A DNA stretch of 64,000 bases, taken from Lytechinus pictus (lineage: Eukaryota). The position numbers and the translations under genes were made by a program. Of the stretch, positions 51,861 through 64,000 are shown piece after piece. A model generated the notes under the pieces. That model saw only the letters and a program-made list of their open reading frames with translations. It had not been told where the DNA came from and made no database searches. The stretch is taken from NCBI RefSeq assembly GCF_037042905.1, contig NC_087250.1:10046001-10110000 (forward strand). Direction: 5' to 3'. Each line of letters begins with the position of its first letter. The stretch's first letter is position 1.

Positions 51861-52600
51861 CTTTTCAATAGAGGGCGCTATTCATTAAGCTAATTTTCAC
51901 CGATGCGTAAGAAAAACATTAGAATTATGGAAGATGATACCATAAGCAAACCCTGAAAATATGAGACCAAATTGAATGAAAAAGAGGAATTAAATATGGC
52001 AAGTTTGCATTTTGCAACTTTTCAATAGAGGGCGCTATTCATTAAGGTGATGGTCACTGATGCGAAAAACCCGTTTGAATTGTGAGGGATGATACCCTAG
52101 GCAAACCCTGAAAATATGAGACCAAAATAATTAAAAACAAGTTATGGCCATTTTACTATTTTCAACTTTTCAATAGAGGGCACTCTTTCTAAAGATAATG
52201 GTCACTGACGCGTAACAAACCATTGAATTATGAAGGATGTAGTCATAATTAGTAAGCTCAGAAAACATGAGACCAAAATGGATGAAAACGAGGAAGTTAT
52301 GGCAAGTTGCCCTTTTTCAATAGAGGGTGCTATTGATAGTAAGGTCTTGTTCACTGATGCGTAAAAACCGTTCGATTTATGATGGATGATACCATAGGCA
52401 AACTCTGCAAATATGAGACCGGAATAATTGAAACAAGGAAGTTATGGCCACTTTAGTATTTTCGACTTTTAAATCGAGGGTGCTAGATCTTAACTTAATG
52501 ATCACTGATGCGAGCTAAAATGTTGAGGGATGGCATGATTAGTAAACCCTGAAAATATAAAACGAAAATGCAAACAAACTTAAGGAAGTTATGGCCATTT
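51861..52600. repeat. Five ~150-bp tandem units (ttttcaatagagggcgct...gaagttatggc)
   Basis: Unit starts at ~51861, 52018, 52166, 52313, 52467. Confidence 0.9.
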
Positions 52601-53639
52601 TACAAATTTAATATTTAGCATCTTTATAAATATGAAGTTTTTGAACGTATGCTATGTTCGATTTGAATTTGGGTGAAGAAGACGGCATTTTTTTTTTTTT
52701 AAAGAGCAACTCGACAGCAGTTATTAGAAGTCTGAAGTACCGTACGCAGGATAATCTATACATTTTCAGACGACGGACTTAGGCGCCGCTCTGGGCGGCG
52801 GTATATCGGCGGTCAATCTAAAATAATAAAATTACATGTAGATCCAACTCATGAATACCATACTCACAGGATGCTTGCATATCCTAGCCTTGGTCTCTCG
52901 TGGATCTACCAAGGAACCATGGTCCATTGCATTCGAGGGTCCGTTTAAGATCAACTCCGTCAGTCAAGCTCATTAACGACTAAAAACCCTCTAGTCCTGA
53001 ACATGATCACTTGGACAAAAGAAGTTACATTTTCAGGTCTAATTGCCAACCGAGTACAATTATATGAACTCCACGCACAAACTGCAATCAAGTTCTGCGG
53101 CCCCGACTTTTTCCACGAATACCGACTCGCCACCTTCATTCCTTTATAACCACATGGAGCATGCCAAATATTTCCTATAGTCATGATAGTATCTGGCCAG
53201 TATATGTTTGTAGTTAGGTAGGAATCTTTTGTCTATAATCTGCGAGGCAAAACTCGATATCCTTGCTTAGTCGGTCACCAGTTCGTATAAATCCACCAAG
53301 TACATCATAAATACGAGAAATTTGGATTTCTCCTTGGTTTCCACTAAACAGCTCAAATCAGGCTCCCCAACGAGTATTGCTAAAACCAGTTCATTTACGA
53401 AATTTCAACTTGAGACCCAGAAGCAGGTTAAACCGATGTAACATATGCAAAAGGTTTGAAATTCAATTTGATTTGAATCGAAGCAGGGGCCGCCGCAATA
53501 CTATCAATCCTATTGCTGTTGATATTAGTTCCAATATCGAGTCCGAGATGGAATTAAAATTGGGATGATTCACACATAACAAGTGTTCTCAACGAAACCA
53601 CAACTCAAAATGATTATATTCTCTCAGTAACTCATGCTG

Positions 53640-53915
53640 AATGCAAGTAAAGGCTTCTTTCCCACGCCTCTGATGCGCGGTAACTTCCCGAGGGATTCTG
53701 TTTTGTAAACATTGCGGCAGTACAAACAGGCGACCGCTTTATATGAAGCGCCGCTAATCCTATACTCGCGGCAGCTTTGTGAGCGGTTTCGTTTGATCTA
53801 GGTGACCGCAAGTACTTGTCACAGCCGCAATAAGAACTGCCGCTCCGCGCAACTACCGCGCGACAAAATGTGCAAATTGCGACTGTAAATCATTTGAGCG
53901 ATTAAACACCGCTAA
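53640..53915. promoter_or_regulatory. CpG-rich island, possible promoter
   Basis: Dense CCGC/GCGG motifs in an AT-rich background; function is inferred only. Confidence 0.3.
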
Positions 53916-54431
53916 AATTTATTATCATCATCAATATCATCTTCTTCATCATCATTTTCATCATTATTGTAGTTATTATCATTATTTTTTATCATTTTAC
54001 GTATTACTTCTGATGACAAAAATAACGATAAATTCAATTCGGATAATACTACTCCTTCTTTCCCGTATATGTTTCTTTCAGAAGAAGGACATGTTCATCA
54101 AATGACTAAAATACTTGAAAGGATGAATGTTTGCAATGATGTCGATGACCAAGGCGATTAGGAAGCTTTACCTGACTTCAGCACCACAGACTTCTCATAG
54201 ATGAAACTGCTGGAATTTATATTTTGAACAAGGAAGACGAACACATTGACTTGTTATTAACAACTTTCAGTTGATATCTACGAAACAAAGTTCTCAACTG
54301 AGCTTTACATATTGAACGATAGGGCCAATACCTGATCGTCGTGATGATAACCATAACCTGCACTACCAACGTTTTTTAAAGAGACTGAAAGCAAAACCTG
54401 CGAAAAGAAAATGCCTAGCGAAAGTTATTTA

Positions 54432-55368
54432 GCAAAAACTATCTTCTTTGGCGTTCAATTGTTTCTGCTATTCCACAGACAGTTAAAGCTCGTTGTTTCG
54501 AGAGGCGACATCTGTTAAAAAAGTTAGATATTTGTATAGTTTTTGGTAATAAAAAAATATTTATATCAAAATTGTCAACCAAGATCATAAATATGATATT
54601 AAAAGAAGATAAATACCAAACCCCTACTTCTGAAATATATTGGAGATCAAGGTATGATATAAGTGAAGATGATTTTAGTTTTATTTACGAGTTGCCTTTT
54701 AAAGTTATTCCAGATACAAGAACAAGAATATTTCAATATAAAATGAATACAAGATGCTTACTAGTAAATGCAAAGTTAAAGAAAATGAAAGTTGTAGATA
54801 ATGAGATGTGTTCTTTTTGTAAACAAGAACAGGAAACAATTGAACACCTGTTGGTAGAATGTTCGCATACTCGAGATTTTTGGAATGAATTTCTAAGATG
54901 GTGGCATACTAAATTTAAAAAAGAAATTATCCAAGTAAAGGATGAAGAGATTTTATTCGGAATTAAAAACAAGCAAGATGTGTTATTGAATCATTGCCTT
55001 ATTGTAGCAAAGAAAACTTTATATCTGTGTAGATATATTAATATCCTTCCTTGTTTTGACTTGTTTACCAGTAAATTAAAACAAGTGTACCAAACAGAAA
55101 AGTGTATTGCTTACAGGGACTCTACTATGTATAGATTTTTAAAAAAATGGAGTCTATTAGATTTTGGGTAATGTAGACGAACAGACCTATATTGCTTCTC
55201 TATGTTTCTTTTATTTTCCCTTTGTTGTTTTTGTTTTGTATGTATTTTTTTTATCAAAATGTAACCTATCCATACTGTACATTGTTATTTTATATGGTTA
55301 TCAAACTTGTTTTTGTAATATGTGTATGAGATGGTTATACTAAACAAACAAAAAAAAAAAAAAAAAAA
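54432..55368 (+). mobile_element. 5'-truncated L1/Tx1-clade LINE (ORF2 C-terminus, 3'UTR, poly(A))
   Basis: SAIP...FQYKMNTRCL...CSFCKQEQETIEHLLVECSHTRDFW...FLKKW; poly(A) at 55350-55368; TTAG at both junctions. Confidence 0.9.
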
Positions 55369-56864
55369 TTAGATGGGTATTTTTCGCAAATTGGTTAGAA
55401 TTTGGGCAAGTTTGCTTTCGATACAATACTGGAAACGGGGGAAAATGTAATCCGGATAGAATGATAGCCTTGCAAATTACATCAAAGCAGTTTAAAAACT
55501 TCCATTCAGTGGTTTCTAGTGTATGAGTACGACAAGAATATAGTTTTATGCAGTGTTTAAAATGACTATGTACAAAGTTCAATATATTTATTTTGTTTTG
55601 TTCCAGCTTCAAGAGATTCTTTTGTCTTCCCAAGTAGAATGTATGTTAGTACGGTGACAATTCAATTAAAAGTTGAATTGTGTTTTGCGAGTTGCCTTTG
55701 TGTATAAATTTCCTGCCGAAACGGTTCGGAAGTACAATTGATGTATACCGTGAGTTGAAATGTGATTATACTGATATTTTGCTCTTACTGGAAATGCATA
55801 GTAGTTCAATTCAGTCATTTTTAGACAAATATGTGATGTTATGATGCAGATGCAGATATTTTAGTAGCAAATGAAACATTCTAAAAAGGTAATTTTAAGG
55901 GAATTGCTTGTGTATTCATAATTTTATATGATTTTTTAAGTTGAATTTTTAATGTTTTATGTACTGTATCATATGGCGCTACTATTTACTGAAATATACT
56001 TTATCGGCCGCCAAAAGATGTCGTGTTTCTTGTTTTAGTTTAAAATAGAAGTTAAAAGAAACAATTGCGTCGTAATCAAACGAATATCGAGTGGAAAATA
56101 CTAGCGAATCCGGGTTGCGAATATCACGGGGATCCGATCCGGAGAGTCTGCACTCAACAACAATGATCGATAGTAGACGGATCGATATACGACCAAAAAT
56201 ATCCTTGTTGGAACATATTGTAACAAATGTTTTTTTCAATGGTTTTTTGTACTATTTAACCTCATGAATAACATACTAAAAGTCTACCAAAATCCGCATC
56301 CGGGAAAGTGGTTATTTTCAAAATGGCGTCTAAGATGGCTGCCGTTCACTGAAAAATGGATAAGCTCATTCATTATCCACCATAGTATCCTATTTCGGTT
56401 CATATTCCACGGTTTAAGGGTAAAATTATATGTTGATACAAGCTAGAGCAAATATAAACACTCCATGGTACCTGGAAAATCCATATGGCACCCAAAATGG
56501 CTGCCGTAGGCTAAAAATCCACAACTTCATCTTCATCTAGTATGACTTACTTAAGTGGCTTTAATTTGGTTTATAGTAAATGGTCTTAAAGGTGAAATAG
56601 TACATTGGAACAAGTTACAGGGTCAGTCAGTGGTCTGGTGGGTCGAAAAATCCAAGATGACTTCCAAAAATAGAGTTTGAAATTGCTGTTAGTACTTAAA
56701 ACGGACACAGTTCTTTTCATATTCCCCTGGCCTGGTAGATATGATTTGGGTGTCTAGGCCATGGTTTCATTGGTCAAAAATACAATTACAAGGACAGTCA
56801 GTGGTCCAGTATGTTGAAAAATCCAAGACAGCTTCCAAAAATGGAGTCTAAAATTGCTACTTAA

Positions 56865-57447
56865 AGGAGAATGAAACTCTTGGAGCAAGTTAGCTTTTGT
56901 GAAAGCAGAAAAATCAAAGAATAAGATCAACAAAACTTTGAGTAAAATAGGACTAGCAATAAAAGAGTTATGAGCATTTGAATGTCGAGATCACTAATGC
57001 TATGGAGATCCTCCCATTGGCAATGCGACCAAGATCTGTGATGTCACACACGTACAACTCTCCCATTTGGACACTGAAAATATACCCCAAAACATCTCTT
57101 TTTGCTCATTCTAATCATATGACAAACGATTCATCAATGATATAATGTTGTGAAACCTCTGTACTTGTCATCTCATAAAGAGAACACCTCACCTTGTGAT
57201 AGACTCTATAAAAGTGAGAATATAAGTGAAATAAGTACTAAAGTAATGAGGGAGTTGTACGTGTGTGATATCACAGATCTTGGTCGCATTGCCGTTGGGA
57301 GGATCTACATGGCACTAGTGATCTCAATATTCGAATGCTCATAACTTTCTTATTATTCATTCAATCTTCCTCAAACTTTCAACAATATGTTTCTTTGATT
57401 TTTCTCTTTGATATGGATTCAGCTGGTTTCAAGGGTTTCATTCTCCT
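56865..57447. mobile_element. Kolobok-type MITE, complete
   Basis: TTAA|AGGAGAATGAAAC...GTTTCATTCTCCT|TTAA. Confidence 0.9.
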
Positions 57448-57682
57448 TTAAAGAAAATAGCTAAATTTTTAGGAATATGATTTTTATGTCAATACCATGG
57501 TGAAATGGGTGAAATAATACGTTAGGACAATTAACAAGGAAAGTCAGTGGTCTGGTATGTCCAAACATCCAGGATGGCATCCAAAAATTGATTATGAAAT
57601 GGCTGGTGATAGTTCAAACGGACATAGCTCACTTCATATCGTCCTAGGGGATGTGATTTGTTGTCTCAATCACTGGTTTTAA

Positions 57683-58376
57683 CCCTAAAAAGACTGGGGG
57701 TTGATTCAGCCCCCCCCTCGACATTTTTCGCGATCAATCCGCCGCGCGAAATCTTTTGACCGCGTCACTCGCTGACTTTTTACTTTCAAGTCTCGCGCAA
57801 CTTTTGAGACCAAAATTGTGACCCCCGGGTACGCACTTCTGAAATTACACAACATTTAGTAAAAGCATGCAGACCCAAAATTACTCAAAAACGTGATTTT
57901 TTGTACAAATCCAATGCAAATGGTGTTTTTAGCCAAAATTCATAAATGTATCATTATTTTTACTTTTACTGCTGAAAATCAATTAATTTTATCTTTGTTA
58001 TGGTCAAAATAAAGTCCCTGACGATTTCCATTGAAAAAACAATAAAAAACAAAAAGTCGAAAAACAGGGAAATACATAAGAAATTTAGAAAACAATAGAA
58101 TACATAAGAAAATAAATGTGATGTTGAAAATTTTGAAAAATAAATTTGATGAGATGCCTATCTAGAGCATGTGAAACAAAAATTAGCATTTTAGAGGCAT
58201 TATTTTATTAATTAGAGCAGAATTTGATATTATAGTTTTGTAGATAATGCCATGGGTAACGCGCGTGCCAATTTTCGTCGCGATCGTGCGATCGACGGCC
58301 GAGATCATAAGGGGGGCTGAATCAGCCCCCCCCCCCCCGTCTTCTTAGGCGTCGAAATAGCCCAGTCTATTTAGGG
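57683..58376. mobile_element. piggyBac-type MITE
   Basis: TTAA|CCCTAAAAAGACTGGG...CCCAGTCTATTTAGGG|TTAA. Confidence 0.9.
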
Positions 58377-60909
58377 TTAAGGGTAAAAAAATACCTAAGG
58401 ACAAGTTGTAAGACAGTCAGTGGCCTGGTATATCTAAAAGTTCAAAATGACTTACAAAAATTGATTCTAAATTGGTTGCTGATACTTAAAGCGGCCTTGG
58501 AGATATGATTTGGGTATCTAAACTATGGTTTCAAGGGTCAGTCAGTAGTTTAGTATGTCTACGAAAAAAATCAAAAATTGTCTAATGTTAATATAAATGG
58601 ACATAGTTTGTTAAATATCTGTCTGGGGAATATGAGTTTGGTATCTAAACCACGGTTGAAAGGGTCAAGTAGTGTACAAGGGCAAGTAACAAGAACAGTC
58701 AGTGGTCTGGTATGTTAAAAGTCCAAGATGGCTTCCAAAAATGGGGTCTAAATTTACTGTTTTTACTTAAAAGTAGACATACTTGATGAGAAATACACCT
58801 TGGGATATGATTTTGGTGTCTACACTAGGATTTCAAGGGTCAAATAATACTTTGGAACTGCTTGCAAAGATATGGAGTAATCCATTTTGCATTAAAATCT
58901 AAGTTGGCTTACAAAAGTGGGTTCTAAAATTACTGCTGTTATTTAAAGTGGACAAAGTTCATACAATATCCACCTGTGAGAAATAATTTTGGTGACTACC
59001 CTTTCATAAACCTATCCTCCAATTAGCCGCCTAAGAGTAATGCGGATAATTCAATAAAAATTGCGTTCACAAACTCCGAAAATAAGCCGCATTATTTTTA
59101 CGAGCGCCCGTCCTGAAAAAGGCGGATAATCGTCATGACAACTGGACACGCCCCCTCCGATGCGGTTGTGTTGGAAAAGGGTGACCTTGTGACCGCATCA
59201 TGGCAATTATCCGTATTATTTGGAAATGCGTTCATAAACTCAGAATCTTGTCCCGATGCTGCTATTGTGCGGATAATAGCAGCATCAAAATAATGCGGAT
59301 AACTCTGGTCCTCCTCCAATTTTACGACCAAATTATGCTGCTATTAGCCGCATAATACATGTTGTTTCATGATTTGGTAACAGGACCATTTTGATAAAAT
59401 TTTAGAATCTGCCTTCGATTTTTGACAAAATGGAAAACTAACCATCCTCGTTACTTGTCCAAATGCATTATCTGACCTTTCATACCACAGACCATAGTGT
59501 GATGTACATGACATATAACATGACTTTTATATGGATTTTGGCCCATTTGATATACAGTGTCGATAAATTATAAAGTAGTAATTTCTCATTTCACAGCGTG
59601 AAAACACTTTCAACAACGTTTCACAGTGTCCATGCAGTGTTTCTTTCTTCTCTGTGCAGGTGAATAGATCAATTCAATTAATATTTAATAATTCGTTTCA
59701 ATTCGTTTCAAAATTGTGATGCATTTACTATTTTGATAAGATGATATACTATTTTAAAATGTGTTTGAATTGAATAAAAACGCATTATGCACGCATATGG
59801 CTTGTGACATGTTTATTTATTTTCCGATTATTACAAAAACATAAATCATAAATATATATAACATAACGAAATAACGCAGATGGCATCAATTGAAACAAAC
59901 AAAATTAATTGCATATATGTTGAATAGATAAAATAATCGAAAGGATTGCCCATTTCAGAATCATTAACATAACTACTCTGTTCTTCCCTGGTTCTTCCAT
60001 AGGATCCATAAAAAAACCATTAAACTAGTTTACATTGCAATGCAAAGGAAATTCGATATTGAAAAAAAAATATTACATATGCTTAACAAAATGCATCAAT
60101 TGATAATTCCCCATAAAAAAAAACATCACATCGGGTTTACACGTAAGATCCGGCAATCGTGTATTCCCGACCATTCGATGAAAGGGTCCCCTAAACTCCC
60201 GAAAAGTCGGGTTTGCCCGACCTGACGCGATATTAAACCTGATGTGATGACACAAGCCATGTTTATCAGTTCATATACTATCAGAGCTAAAGCTGTCATT
60301 GGATGGAATTAAGCTTTAAACTAAGAGAAAATAGTGCACACCAAAGGAAACCATTACTCTTTATTTTTCGATATAATTGGATGGGGCATCTTCGATTGCA
60401 TTCTTCCTAGTGAGAGGCGTATATCAAACTCCGTTTACATCTCCGTCTGAAGAATGTATGCCAAAACCTTATTGGCTATAAATGTACCTGCATTAACTTT
60501 GTGTGAATTTTATGGGAACTAATACCCCGTTTAGATCTGCCAAAAATCTGGAACGCCTCCGGAAGTTAACGCGGGTCGTTCTAGACGAGTCGATAGATGT
60601 AAACGGTCTCGGCACAAAGCACGAATCTGAGGGAATCGCGAGGCAAAATACTATAGACAGTCTATCACAATCGCGATACTCACTTAGGCATCCTTTCCAG
60701 TCTGTCATTCACCCCCCTTTATATACATGTATATAATACATATTATATGAATAATAGTAATTAGAAATTTAAAAAAGCTAAATGATGATAAAATTTTCAA
60801 GGAAAGAAATCAATAAATAAAATAAAAACTTGTTTTATACAGCTGTAGGTGAATTTTTGGTCTACTCAAAAGTTATGGATACGTTTGTGTAATATATCTA
60901 GTCGTCTGT

Positions 60910-63900
60910 AAAGACAATTCACTTTAGTGTTGAATTATCCTTTTCATGACACTAGTGCTTTTTTTAATATTGTTATGTTAAGTTTCCTTTTTGGCTTGGA
61001 ATAGCTATAGACGCCATCAAAAGCTGAGTTGTTATGAGTCGTAATGGCGACTAGAGTCAAATATGACTAATCGCCACTCACACCAACATAAGAAGTAATA
61101 TAGAATGGTTGATGTCCAAGGCTGGATCTTGTTATTCAGGTGCTACCTGCAATAAAAAAAAAATTTACTAAAAATAAAATCACGCCTATCAAATTAAACA
61201 TACTGGGTAGAATTTGACAAGAAGCTTCCTTACCACAGTCACATTTTCTCTACGGCCGCCGTACGGTGAGACAAAAACAGCCGTTTGACACTATTTTTAC
61301 AAGCTACATATGGTTGGTTTGAATGAAATTACTTAAAGCGACTGCTTACGACTCGCCATACGGCGGCCGTAGAGAAAATGTGACTGGGGTAGGCCTATAT
61401 GAAGTAAATTTTTGAGGTGTCCTTCAAAAACATTTATCATCTTTTCATCATATTAAGGTGGATATGCTCTTGAATTATCGTGTCTTATCGACCCGAATTC
61501 TCAAAAGTCGGCTTACTTACCCCCATGGGCTAACGCCTTATTTCACGTCATTGGCCCACGGAGGCTATAATTTGCATTTCTCGAAGGTGGGCTAAGTTAG
61601 CCGACCTTTGAGAATTCGGGCCATATGTCTAACGTTGGTGTTAAAATCGTGTGGATATCAAGAGTAAGAACATTCATGTCAAATACTTTTTTATCATGTT
61701 ATGATAACATCAGGGCCCTGTAACACAAATCTTAGCGATGAATAGCAAATATGAAAGAACACTTCTGATTGGCCCCTGGTCAATATTTTGAAGTAAATGC
61801 GCGTGTAACATTGATTCTGACTGGTCATTCCATTTAGCGATTGATCGCTAAATCTTTGTGTTACGGAGCCCTGGTCTGAAAGACAAAAACGCATGTTGTA
61901 CAAACAACTCGTACATGATAGATAGTAGATAGTTGTGATATCAGTGAGTTTTTGCACCGCCACTTAGAACGAATTCATGAACACAGCTAGGTTAAATAAC
62001 AATGAACAGCTGAGAGGTCTTTGGCGAAAAAAGATGAGCCGGAGTAGCAGATCGTGGGAAGTTTCAGAGCTGACGAAAAATTGCAAATATGTCGTTTGTC
62101 TAGAGTCCAGATGGATCCTGCTGTTTTGGGGGCTCTCGACAAAGACCTCATTGTCATGAATTGTACTTAACACATTCTTTATGTTCTCGAATGTGTCGTG
62201 TTTCGTGGGAGCGTAGACTAACTTAAATAAGGGGGGGCGTAAGTTGTCATTTGTTGTACTTAGTTTGTGGAATACCGAGGTATTTATAGCTTGAAAAATT
62301 ATATTTTTGCTTTAACATACCGTTGTTGATGCATTTGGGTTCCACAAACTCATACCGCAGCGGGCGGTCCCGCGAAGAGCAGTTAGAAGAGCACAGAAAG
62401 TCAGTATAACCGAAACGGAAGTTGGAACAGTGATTTGCTGGAAATACAACAAACAAGGCATGAAATTACACAAATATCGTTCCGTCAGCATTGTCATGAC
62501 AAAGGTATTTCAAGTGATTAACTGTAAATAAACGCAGATCAAGCAGTGGGGTACTTTGTCATGAGTCAGAAAGCTATGTAAAGACACAAAGTGCCTTTAT
62601 ACAGCTCGGGATTCCCAGTAAAAGGCGCGGTACAATATTTTGACAGGGACCCTATGTGGTCCGTTCCATACAGAGTTGCGACTAAACTATGAAATACTAA
62701 ATAATATGTTGCTAAATCGGCAGTTTTTAAGAGGTAGCATATAGACAGTATTTTTATTGTCAGCACTCGGGACTCGAGTGGATGGGGGGGGGGGCTCAAT
62801 CTAGCACATATGCTTTTTTAGTACTTCAAGTTCTGCAAATGAGCACCCGAAGTGCAGTCCTTATGAAAACTCATAAAAGCAATGATTGCCACTTTATTTC
62901 ACAGTGAAACCTTGATTGGGATTGGCTTACAGCTGAGGTACCATAGTTACGATAGTTGTCACCCTTTACAGACCCCACTCGTCTGATTTAAAGAAGAATT
63001 TTGGCTATGACCTGTTTTCTAAATATGAAAATACTCAATAATTTTTCCAAATATTGAAACGTAAACTGAGAACCGTTGCATATAAAAGTTGCCATCATGG
63101 TAACTTTGACATCAAATGGTAAATTGCATGGAATCCTTGATTCTGATTGGCTGTTGATGAGCGTTGACTTTTAGGAAACGGGACACAGGTGTGACAAATT
63201 ACCAATTTCCCAATCGCATTAGTGGTTTACAGTACACCAAGTGGATAGAATTAAAAGTGAAATGGAGAGATAAGAAAAATGAAAGTACATTATCTTTCGG
63301 ATATGAGTCTAGTCCTTACAAAACACTTTAAAGCAGAAGGGCCATTCTCTGCAATTATGTGACCAAAATTATGGCAAATCTTGGCATGAATTAGTTATAA
63401 CTCTCAAAAGTTTATAGATTTAGTCATTCAACGTTTACCTGACAGTAACGTGTTTGATCAACTATCATTTGGAAATATTTCATGCTGACAACAGCATGCA
63501 TTTTCAAGGTCAGAGGTAAAAAGTAGTGGGTCACATGTGTGACACTTTGAATCACACACGTGACCCACTTCTTTTGACCTCTGACCTTGAATTACATATT
63601 GTTGTCAGCAAGAAATATTTTCAAATGATAGTTGACCAAATATGTTACTGTCATATAAAAATCGAAATGAATCTATAAACTTGTGAGAGTTATAACAAGA
63701 TTTCTCATAATTTTGGTCCCACACGTGACCAAGAATGGCCCAGAAAGAGTTTAGAAGGTTGATAAGTTAAAGATATAGGAGGCTTAAATAGTTGGAGAAG
63801 GTTGGCTTGAGTCGGCAATTTAAGTTATAGAGCAGGAGAGAAGACTCAACGTTTCGAGCAGGTTGACTATCCCTCTCCAAGCCAGCCTACGATCACAATC

Positions 63901-64000
63901 TCTCCAACTACCTAATTCTCTAATAGGCCATGTAGGGTCCATTATGATAGACACAGATCATACGGTAGCTGTCGGAGAAAAAATCTTACAAGTCCTTGTA
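60910..64000 (+). repeat. Segmental duplication, copy 2 (runs off the window end)
   Basis: Collinear with ~2170-5456, including shared MITEs. Confidence 0.95.

Larger units (their letters stand above)
56300..58990. repeat. Degenerate ~170-bp tandem array interrupted by two TTAA-targeting MITEs
   Basis: Recurrent gtcagtggtctggtatg..aatccaagatggcttccaaaaat..gatatgatttgg. Confidence 0.8.

Noticed and set aside
59098..59331. 77-aa ORF
   Set aside because: Lies in a short repeat-rich (gcggataat) MITE-like segment; no motif or splice support
60493..60736. GC-richer overlapping ORFs as an exon
   Set aside because: No recognisable protein in any frame; left uncalled

Overview
AT-rich, repeat-dense eukaryotic DNA with GT-AG introns; the repeat landscape resembles a marine invertebrate such as a sea urchin (inference). 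There are two intact spliced genes, both on the minus strand. The first is a 4-exon SLC16/monocarboxylate-transporter-like MFS gene (17581-25357, 477 aa). The second is a 2-exon, 499-aa DUF3987/YfjI-like P-loop (AAA+) NTPase gene (48775-50706), a family known mainly from prophages and other mobile elements. It lies between tandem arrays and next to a hairpin/short-inverted-repeat terminus, so it may be the core of a large, unclassified mobile element. A decayed multi-exon proton-activated chloride channel (PACC1/TMEM206-like) pseudogene can be reconstructed at ~7026-11374. Other large structures are an ~8.4 kb foldback element (26314-34719) with three nested insertions, a segmental duplication linking the two ends of the window (~2170-5456 vs ~60910-64000) and a 1.07 kb tandem duplication. 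The window also holds two Tx1/L1 fragments, one L2-type LINE fragment, a tRNA-derived SINE and many non-autonomous DNA transposons with readable TIRs/TSDs (hAT, Tc1/mariner, Kolobok, piggyBac, CACTA-like, MULE-like). All family assignments come from motif recognition by eye; no searches were run.
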